A DNA stretch of 64,000 nucleotides from an uncultured delta proteobacterium (GTDB taxonomy: Bacteria; Myxococcota_A; Polyangia; Polyangiales; Polyangiaceae): NCBI GenBank assembly GCA_963850305.1, contig CAWKKR010000008.1, forward strand, positions 1,312,001 to 1,376,000, read 5' to 3'. Every line of letters starts with the position of its first letter. Position 1 is the stretch's first letter. The notes below the pieces were generated by a model that ran no database searches, had not been told where the DNA came from, and saw only the letters and a list, made by a program, of their open reading frames with translations. Below are positions 9,660 to 18,936 of this stretch, piece by piece. A program made the position numbers and the translations under genes.

Positions 9660-9996
9660 GAGTGTCGAAGCGTGCCTCGACCTCGACGCGGAGCGCGCGA
9701 CGTTTTACGCTGACGTCGTCCGCGTCGCCCTCGGCGACGCCGCCCGCACGGCGCTGGAGACCCTCATGCAATCCCCGGAACACCGAGAGTACCAGAGCGA
9801 GTTCGTCAAGAAGCACGTCTCCCAAGGACGCGCGCAAGAGGCGGGACGCGCGGTCGTGGCGGTGCTCGAGGCGCGAGGGCTCGCGGTCTCGACCGAGCAC
9901 CGGACCCGCATCCTGGCGTGCACGAGCATCGACGTCCTCGAAGCATGGATCCGCCGCGCCGTGACCGTCGCCTCCGTCGAAGACCTGTTCGGCTGA
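9660..9996 (+). pseudogene. C-terminal remnant of an Rpn-like/PD-(D/E)XK-associated multicopy family protein
   Basis: Typical tail YQSEFVKKHVSQGR...VLEARGLAV...RILACTSIDVLEAWIRRAVTVASVEDLF; the N-terminal domain is missing. Confidence 0.65.
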
Positions 9997-10049
9997 GGAC
10001 GCCGCGGCTCCGTATCGCCGCGGAGGCTCGTGCACCGCGTGGTTGCGGC

Positions 10050-10524
10050 TCACCACTTCGGGTCGCTGCCTCCAGCGTGGCGATCCGCGTGTTGAGCGCC
10101 CCGCTGGCGGTGGTGGCACTCGCTGCCTCGTCGCGTTAGTCGCGCGCGCTCTCCGCGTTCGTCGCGTGCCCCGCTTCCACCGCGTAGGGCACCGCGCCGA
10201 TCTTCGTCCGCCCGAGAGACGACCCATCGACGAGCACCTCGGCCCAGACGTCGGGGCTTGCTTTCACCTGCGTGGTGCACGTATCCGGCAACGCGATCGA
10301 AAAGCGTCCGCCATCGAGCGTGATGGGAGTGGATGCCGTCTGACACGCGGGCGTCGTGCCACTCGATGCCGCGGTCCAGAAGTCCACCTGGATGTTGTGG
10401 TTCCCCGTGAGCGCGGCACCGGTCGCGTCTTCGAGCGTGCCGGAGTACGTGAGCGCGCCGGTCGAGGGAATGCCGGCGACGAGCGCGCGGCCGGCGAGGA
10501 AGGCGGCGGCGAACTCGGCGGAAT
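10050..10524 (-). pseudogene. Degraded myxobacterial secreted/surface protein
   Basis: AAFLAGRALVAGIPSTGALTYSGTLEDATGAALTG...SLGRTKIGAVPYAVEA. There is no start codon (TGA just upstream), and an in-frame TAA at 10136-10138 lies between apparently compensating indels. Confidence 0.6.
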
Positions 10525-10872
10525 GTCAGGATCGATGCCGGGGTCGACGCGGGGCCGAGCGGTCTTGCCGGCGAGGACGTCACCTTCACGGACGGGGGCG
10601 CTCATCGGCATGCCTTCGTCTGAGGGCCGCCGAGGTCCGGTCGCTGCTCGCCTCTGCGCCCATGTTCACACTCGCCGCGCGCAGGGTGCCGTACCGACCG
10701 TTCCGCGTCAATGAACGGCCTGAACCCGGGATACGGCTCCCGCCGACGGGACGCGGGTCGACACACTGCGGAGGGCGGCACGGCGCCTAAAGCGTCTTTC
10801 AGTGGCTCTAGTCATTTCTACGTCACCGACGGACCCAGGCGCGCGAGCACGAGCCCTCGAACCCGGGGGTGC

Positions 10873-12162
10873 TCACGATCTGGTTCTCCGGTCGCTCGCC
10901 TCGTGCTTGCATGCCATGGCGCGTGCCTCGAGCAGCTCTCGCTCGCGCGTGTTCTGGGTCATGGAGGCCGCGCGTTCGAACTCGACGCGGGCCTCGTCGA
11001 GCCGCCCGAGCTTCATCAGCAGATCGCCCCGGACGCTGGGCAACAGGTGATACGCGCGGAGCGCGGGCTCCTCGACGAGCGCGTCGACCAGCTCGAGACC
11101 CTCCGCGGGACCGAAGGCCATCGCCACGGCGACCGCGCGGTTCAGCTCGACGACCGGAGAGTGCGTGAGCTCGGCGAGCGCGTCGTAGAGCGCGACGATC
11201 CTGGGCCAGTCCGTCGCGTCGCCCGTGCGAGCGCGCGCGTGACACGCGGCGATCGCGGCCTGGAGCGTGTAGAGACCGAGCGGGCGCGATAGCTCTTCGG
11301 CGCGCGCGAGCGCAGCGAGCCCCCGTCGCAGGAGGAGCTGATCCCATCGAGAACGATCCTGGTCGAGGAGGAGAATCGGTTCCCCCGACGGCCCCACCCG
11401 CGCCCGGGCGCGCGACCCGGTCAGCTCCATGAGCGCGACGAGACCGTGGAGCTCCGCTTCTTCCGGAACGAGCTCGGCAAGGATCCGTCCGAGCCGCAAG
11501 GCGTCCTCGCAGAGCTCCGTTCGCATCCAGTCGTCGCCGCGCGTCGCGGCGTACCCCTCGTTGAAGACGAGGTAGAGGACCTCCAGCACGGAGGGCAGAC
11601 GGGCGGCGAGGTCGTCGCCGCGCGGAACCTCGAAGGGCACGCGCGCCTGGGCGAGCGTGCGTTTCGCGCGCACGATGCGCTGGGCGATCGTCGGCTCCGG
11701 TACCAGGAACGCCCGGGCAATCTCGTCCGTCGTGAGCCCTCCGAGGAGCCGCAGGGTGAGTGCGACGCGTGCCTCCGTGGAGAGGATGGGATGGCACGCG
11801 ATGAGAATGAGCCGGAGCAGGTCGTCGCCCACGTCCTCGTCGAGCGCGCTCTCGACGTCGGGCGCGGCCGGCGACGCGCTCATGGCTTCTCCGTCGATGG
11901 CCTCGTGCTTGCGTTCGAGCATCCTCTGCCGGCGAAGCTGGTCGAGCGCGCGGTTCTTCGCCGTGGTCATGAGCCACGCGCCGGGGTTGTCCGGGATGCC
12001 CGTCTCCTGCCAGCGCTCGAGCGCGGTCACGAGCGCTTCCTGCGCCAGATCTTCGGCGACGCCGACGTCGCGAACCACCCGCGCGAGGCCACCGATCAGC
12101 CGCGCGGACTCGATCCGCCAGACTGCCTCGATGGCCTTGCGCGTGGTGATTGTATTATTCAT
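10873..12162 (-). CDS. ECF42-type sigma factor with long C-terminal (DUF6596/TPR) extension
   Basis: AEDLAQEALVTALERW, PGAWLMTTAKNRALD, LILIACHP, YLVFNEGY, DWPRIVALYDAL, VVELNRAVA; downstream of DGPF genes. Confidence 0.93.
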   Translation of the reverse strand: MNNTITTRKAIEAVWRIESARLIGGLARVVRDVGVAEDLAQEALVTALERWQETGIPDNPGAWLMTTAKNRALDQLRRQRMLERKHEAIDGEAMSASPAAPDVESALDEDVGDDLLRLILIACHPILSTEARVALTLRLLGGLTTDEIARAFLVPEPTIAQRIVRAKRTLAQARVPFEVPRGDDLAARLPSVLEVLYLVFNEGYAATRGDDWMRTELCEDALRLGRILAELVPEEAELHGLVALMELTGSRARARVGPSGEPILLLDQDRSRWDQLLLRRGLAALARAEELSRPLGLYTLQAAIAACHARARTGDATDWPRIVALYDALAELTHSPVVELNRAVAVAMAFGPAEGLELVDALVEEPALRAYHLLPSVRGDLLMKLGRLDEARVEFERAASMTQNTRERELLEARAMACKHEASDRRTRS

Positions 12163-12230
12163 TCATCGCGTTTCGCCGGTCGTTCGCCGTCTCGCGTCAC
12201 ATCCGACCGGAAAAACAGCGGGCGCTCGGC

Positions 12231-12611
12231 CTACGCGAGCTCCTTGCCGAAGTCCTCGGGCTCGAAGACTGGGCGAAGCTCGATCTCGGACTCTTCGCCG
12301 GGCATCGGATCGGGGCAGCGCCTGACCCATTCGATGGCCTCTTCCATCGACTTTACCTGCCAGACCCAGTAGCCCGCGACGAGCTCCTTGGTCTCGGCGA
12401 AGGGACCGTCGACGACGGTCTTCTTTCCGCCCGACCCGGTGAATCGCACGCGCTTGCCCTTGCGGCTCGGGTGCAGGCCGTCGCCTGCCAGCATGATGCC
12501 GGCCTTGACCAGCTCCGCGTTGAATTTGCCCATCTCCGCGAGCAGCTCTTCACCCGGCATGAGGCCCGCCTCGGAGTTCTTCGTCGCCTTGACCATCACC
12601 ATGACTCGCAT
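12231..12611 (-). CDS. YciI/DGPF family protein
   Basis: GDGLHPS...VVDGPFAETKELVAGYW...EIELRP. Confidence 0.93.
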   Translation of the reverse strand: MRVMVMVKATKNSEAGLMPGEELLAEMGKFNAELVKAGIMLAGDGLHPSRKGKRVRFTGSGGKKTVVDGPFAETKELVAGYWVWQVKSMEEAIEWVRRCPDPMPGEESEIELRPVFEPEDFGKELA

Positions 12612-12622
12612 TGGCGTCCTCC

Positions 12623-12994
12623 TCACGGACCCTTGCCGGGTTCGAACATCGGCCGCACCTCGGACTCGCCCTCGAATCCGGGCCAGTGCTTCCGGTGCAG
12701 CTCCATGAACTCGGTCGCGATCCGGATCGCCTCTGCCTTCGACTCGACCTTCAGGATCGCCCAGCCGCCGATGACCTCCTTGCTCTCGGAGAACGGGCCG
12801 TCGGTCACGGTGATCTTGCCGTTGGCGAGCCGAAGCCGGACGCCCTCCTTGCTCGGCAAGAGGCCGCCCGTGTCGACGAGCGAGCCGTCCTTCAGCGACT
12901 TCTGCACGAACTTGCCCATCGCTTCCATAAAGGCCGGCTGTGGGGGGGACTCGCGATAGGACTCGGAATGTCGGATGAACGTCAGGTATTTCAT
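12623..12994 (-). CDS. YciI/DGPF family protein
   Basis: GGLLPS...VTDGPFSESKEVIGGWA...EVRPMF; AAGGAGG-like RBS. Confidence 0.93.
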   Translation of the reverse strand: MKYLTFIRHSESYRESPPQPAFMEAMGKFVQKSLKDGSLVDTGGLLPSKEGVRLRLANGKITVTDGPFSESKEVIGGWAILKVESKAEAIRIATEFMELHRKHWPGFEGESEVRPMFEPGKGP

Positions 12995-13023
12995 GGCTCC
13001 TCCTTTGGGGGTTCCGACAGAGC

Positions 13024-13050
13024 GACGAACGAGGCAGGGCGGGATCGACA
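13024..13050 (-). promoter_or_regulatory. ECF42-type promoter (-35 TGTCGA, 17-nt spacer, -10 CGTC)
   Basis: Minus strand reads TGTCGA-tcccgccctgcctcgtt-CGTC about 30 nt upstream of the DGPF-DGPF-ECF42 operon, matching the ECF42 consensus as I recall it. Confidence 0.75.
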
Positions 13051-13278
13051 CGCCGCGGGAATTTTTTTGCCGGACCGTCGTCCCACGAGACCCGTGGGCG
13101 TTCAAGCGCCCGGACGGCCGGGTCTCGCGTCCGGGTCCTTGCCGTGACGCCTCCCGGTCTGTGTCCTCGAGGCACCCGGTTTACGTCCCCCCAGGACCGA
13201 ATCCGTGATTGAACAGAGCCGGACCTGTAACCAAGGGTCCCGGTCTATTCCGTCACCCAGGCCCCCGGTCGCTCAATC

Positions 13279-13700
13279 GCCGGCACTCCCGCCGGGACCA
13301 TGCACACTCCCGCCGGGATCACGCGTCCTCCCGTCGGGATCATGCACACTCCCGTCGGGATCATGCACACTCCCGTCGGGATCATGCACACTCCCGTCGG
13401 GATCACGCGTCCTCCCGCCGGGATCACGCGTCCTCCCAGCCGGGATCACGCGTCCTCCCGTCAGGGTCATGCGGCAAACCCGCCGGGATCATGCACACTC
13501 CCGTTGGGATCATGCACACTCCCGCCGGGATCACGCGTCCTCCCGCCGGGATCGCCGGCACTCCCGTCGGGATCATGCACACTCCCGCCCGGGATCACGC
13601 GTCCTCCCGTCGGGATCACGCGTCCTCCCGTCAGGGTCATGCGACAAACCCGGCGGGAGGACCGACGATCCCGACGGGATCATGGGTTACCCCGCCGAGG
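13279..13700. repeat. 21-bp tandem minisatellite, about 17 clear units plus 2-3 degenerate ones
   Basis: Unit is CTCCCGYCGGGATC plus a 7-nt variant (ATGCACA, ACGCGTC, GCCGGCA, ATGCGRC); the core TCCCG-N-CGGGA is palindromic. Confidence 0.95.
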
Positions 13701-13878
13701 TTGCTGCCGATGCCGGGAGAACGGGCGCCCGTCCCGCCGCGCCGGTCGATGATCGCGTACGGGAGCGGCCCTGATCTCCGCGGGATCGTCGGTCATCGCG
13801 GCGAGCTCGGTGTCAACCTCGCGCGGGATGGCGCTGACCCCGGCGGTCGAAGGCACCCTGTCGCGCGCCGACTGCGAA

Positions 13879-13915
13879 CGCGAGCGGAGCGAGCCGCGGG
13901 GGTCAAGACCCCCTT
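13879..13915 (-). repeat. Short copy of the REP-like hairpin element family
   Basis: Reverse complement AGGGGGTCTTGACCCCCGCGGCTCGCTCCGC matches 31782-31812. Confidence 0.85.
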
Positions 13916-13930
13916 TTCTAGGCGCATGCT

Positions 13931-14452
13931 TCACTCGACGACCCTCAGATCCGGCAGGTTCCGGTACATCTGCGCGGCGTCGAGGCCGTAGCCGACGACG
14001 AACACGTCTTCGATCGTGAAGCCGAGATAGTGGACCTCGACGGGTTCGACGGTGCGCGCGGGCTTGTGGAGCAGCGCGCAGAGCTTCACGCTGCTCGGGC
14101 CGCGCGCCGTCACTTGCTCGACGAGGAAGCGACTCGTGAGGCCGGTGTCGACGATGTCTTCGACGATGAGCACGTCCTGTCCCTGGATCGGTCGCGCGAG
14201 ATCGAGCGTGATGCGGACGACGCCGCTCGATTGAGTCGAGTCGCCGTAGCTCTGCACGCCGAGAAACTCGACGGACAGCGGCAGGTCAATCGCGCGCGCG
14301 AGGTCCGCCATGAACACGAAGCTTCCCTTGAGGACGCCGAGGAGAACGAGGGAGCGATCGCGATAGTCTTCGGTGATGCGCGCACCGAGCGCCTTGACTC
14401 GCTCCGCGATGGTGTCGGCGGAGAGAAGGACCGTGGCGGGGCGGGGAGACAC
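13931..14452 (-). CDS. hpt: Hypoxanthine phosphoribosyltransferase
   Basis: [38 protein letters not shown]...YRNLP. Confidence 0.95.
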   Translation of the reverse strand: MSPRPATVLLSADTIAERVKALGARITEDYRDRSLVLLGVLKGSFVFMADLARAIDLPLSVEFLGVQSYGDSTQSSGVVRITLDLARPIQGQDVLIVEDIVDTGLTSRFLVEQVTARGPSSVKLCALLHKPARTVEPVEVHYLGFTIEDVFVVGYGLDAAQMYRNLPDLRVVE

Positions 14453-14542
14453 TGGGCTTGACGGTAGCAGAGGAGAGGCAAGAGGACGTTCTCGGATCGG
14501 CTGGGTGCGCTGGCGCAACTTCGGAGGGTCGGACGATTTCCG

Positions 14543-16951
14543 TCAGTGCGAGGACGTCACTTCCGACGACCAGCGCTCCGCGAGCGTCGCGCCGAAGACT
14601 CGCGCCCGGGCGTCGTGGCCGTCGGTGCGAAACTCGGCCGAGCCGAAAACGTCGGTGCGGAGTGCGACGACGCCGGCTCGAGCCAGGGTCGCGAGGGTGT
14701 CGGGACTGGGATGGCCGAAGCGATTGCGGACGCCGCACGAGACGGTCGCGAGGCGCGGGTGCACGGCGGCCAGAAACGCCGCGGACGTGGAGGTGCGGCT
14801 GCCGTGGTGGCCGACCTTGAGAAAGTCGGCGCGTAGCTCGCTGCGGAAGGCGCCGAGGAGAAAGCGCTCTTCTTCGTGCTCGGCGTCGCCCATGAGGAGC
14901 GCGCGTTCGTTGCCGTACGTCAGGCGGATGACGAAGGAGTTGTCGTTGGGTCCGAGCACGGGGTCGAACGCGGGACAGGGGGCGAAGACGCGGAGCTTCG
15001 CGCCGCCGACGGTGCGCTCGGGGCCGCACAGGACGTCGGGGCCGCGAATGGGGACGCCGCGGCGCAGGAGTCCGCGGATGAGCTCGGCGTATTCGGTGCC
15101 GGCACCTTGCTCCCGCCCCTGGCCGGTGTCCCAGAATTCACCGACGTCGAGGGACGGCAAGGCCGCAAAGAGGCCGAGAAAGTGATCGGGGTGAGGATGC
15201 GTGAGGACGACGATGTCGACGCGGGTTCGGCGGCGCGCGCGGAGTACGGGCAGGAGCACGGAGTTGCCCGGGTTCACGGGGCTGCCGACGAAGCCGCCGC
15301 CGTCGATGAGCATGAGCTTGCCGTCGGGCAGGTCGACGAGCGTGGAATCTCCCTGACCGACGTCGAGTGCGGTGATGCGGAGCTCGCCACGCGGGTGTCC
15401 ACGACGGACCGCGGCGACCTCGACCAGGAGAAATCCGCACAAGCCACCCATCAACCAGGCTCGGCGCGCGGCGTGATTGCGTTCGCCCGCCACGAGCATG
15501 CCCGCAGCGGCAACGCCGATGACGGCGAAGTGCCATGGCCCCGGGGGCGGCACCGGGACGGCAAGCCACGTGGCCGAGGCGCTGGCGTGCGCGAGCCACC
15601 GCACGACGAGAAGCGCGCCCGATGCGACGAGCGCGAGACCGCGTGCGACCGCGCCGCCAGGGACGAGCGCGTGGACGAGACAGAGCGGAAGCGAGATCGC
15701 TTCACCGAAGGGGACGGCCGCGACGTTCGCGACGATGCCGGCGAAGGTGAGCCGCGGACCGAGCGTCGCGAGGATGGGCGCGCAGGGGATCATCGCGGCG
15801 ATCGTGGCGGCGAACGGCGACGCGACGAGACGACGTAGCTTGCCGGCGGAAGCGGGTGCGAGCCTTTGCAACAGAGGTTTGCCGAGGACGAGCAATCCGG
15901 CGGTCGCGGCGGCGGAGAGTACGAACGAGACGTCGAAGCCCATCAAGGGATCGAGGAGCGCCCCGACGGCGAGCGACAGCGCGAACAATCGCACCGCGCA
16001 CGGATGACGGCCCAGCGCACGCGCGCCGAGGCCGACCGCGAGCATCCACGCGGCGCGGCGCGCCGAACCGCTGCTGCCCGCGAAGTCCGCGTACACGGGC
16101 GCGAGCACCGCGCCCGCTGCTGCCGCGACGCGCCCGACTTCGACGCGGACCGCGAGCCACTCGATCCGCGCGAGGATGAACACGAGCGCGCGCACCACGC
16201 CGAGCACGGCGAACACGAGGTGCGTCCCGCTCACGGCGAGCAGGTGCGCGAGCCCGCTGGCACGGAACGCGGCGTTGTCCTCGTCGGTGAGATCGTTTTC
16301 TCCGAGGACGAGCGCGCGGGCGAGCGGCGCGGCGAGGGGCGTGAACGTCGCGTCGATGCGCGCTCGCACGACGGCGCGCGCTCGATCGATGACGGCGCCG
16401 AAGCCGCGTCCGGGTTCGAGCAGGCGCACGGACAGCGCGGAGCCGCTCAGCAAGACGCCGGTGCGCGCCGCGCCGGGCGTGGGGTCCGGGAGCTCCGCGT
16501 TACGGAAGAGCTCGGCCGGCGCGAGCTGCGCGACGACCTCGATGCGGTCGCCGCGCGCCAGAAACGGTGGGCCCTCGCGCAGCCGCACACGCACGCCAGG
16601 GACGTTTCGTCCTTCACAGTCGAGCGCGTCGAAGTCCGCGACGTAGCCGAGCGCGCCGTCCCGGACGGTCGGCGACGTGTCCACCCGTGCAACTCCCGAG
16701 CAGCGCGACGGGGCCTTCAACGCGATCCGCGTTGCGACCAGGTCCGCCTCGAACGCCGGTACGGCGCGCCACGCTCGCCAGCCCGTGACGCTGAGGGCGA
16801 CGGCGGCACAGAGGAGCACGCGCGCCGAGACGCGCCGCCCGACGACGACCCCCAGTGCCACGACGGTCGCGCCAGTCGCGAGTGGCGTGGTGACGAAGTA
16901 CCCGCCGAGCACGCCGGCCGCGGCGATGACCAGGACCGGATCGAGGCGCAC
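14543..16951 (-). CDS. comEC: ComEC/Rec2 DNA internalization protein
   Basis: GLAHLLAVSGTH competence domain; LDVGQGDS, THPHPDH, NDNS, LKVGHHGS, NRFGHP metallo-beta-lactamase motifs. Confidence 0.95.
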   Translation of the reverse strand: MRLDPVLVIAAAGVLGGYFVTTPLATGATVVALGVVVGRRVSARVLLCAAVALSVTGWRAWRAVPAFEADLVATRIALKAPSRCSGVARVDTSPTVRDGALGYVADFDALDCEGRNVPGVRVRLREGPPFLARGDRIEVVAQLAPAELFRNAELPDPTPGAARTGVLLSGSALSVRLLEPGRGFGAVIDRARAVVRARIDATFTPLAAPLARALVLGENDLTDEDNAAFRASGLAHLLAVSGTHLVFAVLGVVRALVFILARIEWLAVRVEVGRVAAAAGAVLAPVYADFAGSSGSARRAAWMLAVGLGARALGRHPCAVRLFALSLAVGALLDPLMGFDVSFVLSAAATAGLLVLGKPLLQRLAPASAGKLRRLVASPFAATIAAMIPCAPILATLGPRLTFAGIVANVAAVPFGEAISLPLCLVHALVPGGAVARGLALVASGALLVVRWLAHASASATWLAVPVPPPGPWHFAVIGVAAAGMLVAGERNHAARRAWLMGGLCGFLLVEVAAVRRGHPRGELRITALDVGQGDSTLVDLPDGKLMLIDGGGFVGSPVNPGNSVLLPVLRARRRTRVDIVVLTHPHPDHFLGLFAALPSLDVGEFWDTGQGREQGAGTEYAELIRGLLRRGVPIRGPDVLCGPERTVGGAKLRVFAPCPAFDPVLGPNDNSFVIRLTYGNERALLMGDAEHEEERFLLGAFRSELRADFLKVGHHGSRTSTSAAFLAAVHPRLATVSCGVRNRFGHPSPDTLATLARAGVVALRTDVFGSAEFRTDGHDARARVFGATLAERWSSEVTSSH

Positions 16952-17058
16952 GCTGTCGCGCGCGTTGCAGGCTCCGGGCCATACGCGAAATGCCGCGTGT
17001 CACGAAACACGAAGGCCGGCGAACCCACGTTCGCCGGCCATCGCCGCCCGCTCGCTTC

Positions 17059-17125
17059 GCGAGCCCGCCGAAGGCGGCGGGGGGAGCGGTTGCGAAGCAA
17101 GCCGCGGGGGGCTAAGGCCCCCCGC
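17059..17125 (-). repeat. Copy of the REP-like hairpin element family
   Basis: GCGAGCCCGCCGAAGGCGGCGGGGGGAGCGGTTGCGAAGCAAGCCGCGGGGGGCTAAGGCCCCCC matches the 49641 copy and the reverse complement of the 31781 array unit. Confidence 0.88.
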
Positions 17126-17150
17126 AACCCAATCCCGCCCCGCGTTTCGA

Positions 17151-17969
17151 TCAGAAGTAGTAGAGCGCGGCGATGTTGTTCGTGAAGATGGACCAGGGGT
17201 CGCCCTGGACCGTCGTTCCGAAGGTGAGCTGCGAGAACTTCGTCGACCCACCGCCGCCGCCGGGGTCGAACTTCGTGCTGTCCGTGGAGAGGGCGACGCC
17301 GACGGTGCCTTGAAGCGCCAGGTTCGGGATGCCGATGAACCCGAAGTGGATCTCCCCGCCGATGCGGCCGCCGATGTCGAAGTGAAACCCGCTGCCGCTC
17401 AAGCTCGGTCCGCCTTGCTGATCCTGCGACCAGCTCGAGAAGCCGAGGTTCATCTCGGGAATCACCTCGAACGTGAAGTGCCCGGCGCTCGCGAGCGCGA
17501 TGGGGACGCCGCCGTGGATGACGAAGGCCACCGCGCTCGGGAGGTCGACATCCGTGCCCCCCTGACTCCCGCTGTAGCTCACGACGCCGAGCCCGATCCC
17601 CGCGTCGATGCCGATCATGTCCGTGAGCCAGTAGCGGATGCCCACGACGGGCGCCGGCACCGCGAACGTGCCTGGAGCTCCCGTGCAACCCGTGCCGCCG
17701 TTGCACCCGACGTTCAGGGTCCGGGTGCCGAGCAACCCGACGCCGAACTGCCCGATGAACTGCTCGTGGTCGCTGTCGCCCGCCGCTGCTGCCGCGGGCG
17801 CCGCCGGGCGCTCGCCGGGCAGGGTCATGCCGGCGGCCGGAGCCGGAGCCGCTGCCGGCGCTGGCGCTGGCGCTGGCGCCGGCTCTTGCGCGTGCGCCAT
17901 CTGCGTCAGAGCGAGAACAGCCGCGAACGCTGGCGCCGACGCGCCAAACACCATACCAATCCGTTTCAT
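17151..17969 (-). CDS. Outer-membrane beta-barrel protein
   Basis: Strong RBS, signal peptide ending AHA, PAPAPA linker, amphipathic strands, C-terminal ALYYF. Confidence 0.8.
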   Translation of the reverse strand: MKRIGMVFGASAPAFAAVLALTQMAHAQEPAPAPAPAPAAAPAPAAGMTLPGERPAAPAAAAAGDSDHEQFIGQFGVGLLGTRTLNVGCNGGTGCTGAPGTFAVPAPVVGIRYWLTDMIGIDAGIGLGVVSYSGSQGGTDVDLPSAVAFVIHGGVPIALASAGHFTFEVIPEMNLGFSSWSQDQQGGPSLSGSGFHFDIGGRIGGEIHFGFIGIPNLALQGTVGVALSTDSTKFDPGGGGGSTKFSQLTFGTTVQGDPWSIFTNNIAALYYF

Positions 17970-18146
17970 ATTGTCCTCCTTCAGGTGCGATCGGGCTCGG
18001 GAGAGAGTTCCCGCAATGCGTGCCGGTGACGGCACTCGCCCACGGGGTGCATCCTTCACCCACCTCGGCGCTGACGTCAATTTAGTGATGACGCGACGCA
18101 TCGCGATCCGCCGCGTCACGGCTTCGGCGCTCACGCGAGGCGGTCT

Positions 18147-18890
18147 TTGAGCGATCGGGTGCGCGCCGATCGTCTCCTCTGCGCCCGCGGTCTCGCGACC
18201 ACGCGCGCGAAGGCGCAGGACCTCATCCGTGGCGGACGTGTGACGGCGAGTGGTCGGACATTGTGGAAGCCCGGCGTCTTTCTCGACGACGACACGCCGC
18301 TCGCCGTGACAGAAGCGCGCACCTTCGTCTCGCGCGGTGGAGACAAGCTCGACGCCGCGCTCGACGCGCTGTCGGTCGACGTCGCGGGGGCGGTCGTCGT
18401 CGACATCGGCGCCTCGACGGGTGGCTTCACGGATTGCGTGCTCCAGCGCGGCGCCCGCAAGGTCTACGCCATCGACGTCGGACACGATCAGCTCGACTCG
18501 CGCTTGCGCTCCGATCCGCGCGTCGTCTCGCGCGAGGGCACGAACGCGCGCGATCTCTCCGCGGCCGACTTCGCGGACCCCGTCGAGCTCGTCGTGGTCG
18601 ATGCGTCGTTCATCGCGCTCGACAAACTACTCCCCGCCGTCGCGCGCATCGCTCCGCCAGGAGCTCGCCTCGTTGCGCTCGTGAAGCCGCAGTTCGAAGT
18701 CGGTCGCGACGCTGCACGCAAGACTCGCGGCGTGGTCCGCGATCCCGAGCTCCGCGCACGCGCCATCCTCGCCGCGCGAAGCGCCGTCGAACGCGCTGGC
18801 TTCACCCTCCGCGGCGAGGTCGACAGCGTGCTCCCGGGCCCCGCCGGCAACGTCGAACACTTTCTGTTCGCCGTGAGGCGCGAGCATTGA
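18147..18890 (+). CDS. tlyA: TlyA family rRNA methyltransferase (S4 + FtsJ domains)
   Basis: FVSRGGDKL, DIGASTGGFTD, DVGHDQL, DASFI, LVKPQFE, GPAGNVE. Confidence 0.95.
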   Translation: MSDRVRADRLLCARGLATTRAKAQDLIRGGRVTASGRTLWKPGVFLDDDTPLAVTEARTFVSRGGDKLDAALDALSVDVAGAVVVDIGASTGGFTDCVLQRGARKVYAIDVGHDQLDSRLRSDPRVVSREGTNARDLSAADFADPVELVVVDASFIALDKLLPAVARIAPPGARLVALVKPQFEVGRDAARKTRGVVRDPELRARAILAARSAVERAGFTLRGEVDSVLPGPAGNVEHFLFAVRREH

Positions 18891-18936
18891 CACCATCGTA
18901 TTATTGTAAGCGGGTAGTGCGATCCAGGAGATAGCG

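Noticed and set aside
9300..9660. Full 231-aa ORF 9301-9996
   Set aside because: The N-terminal half overlaps the antitoxin start region and is low-complexity; only the C-terminal part resembles a known family.
13279..13700. CRISPR array
   Set aside because: The 7-nt variable parts are too short and are reused; no cas genes in the window.
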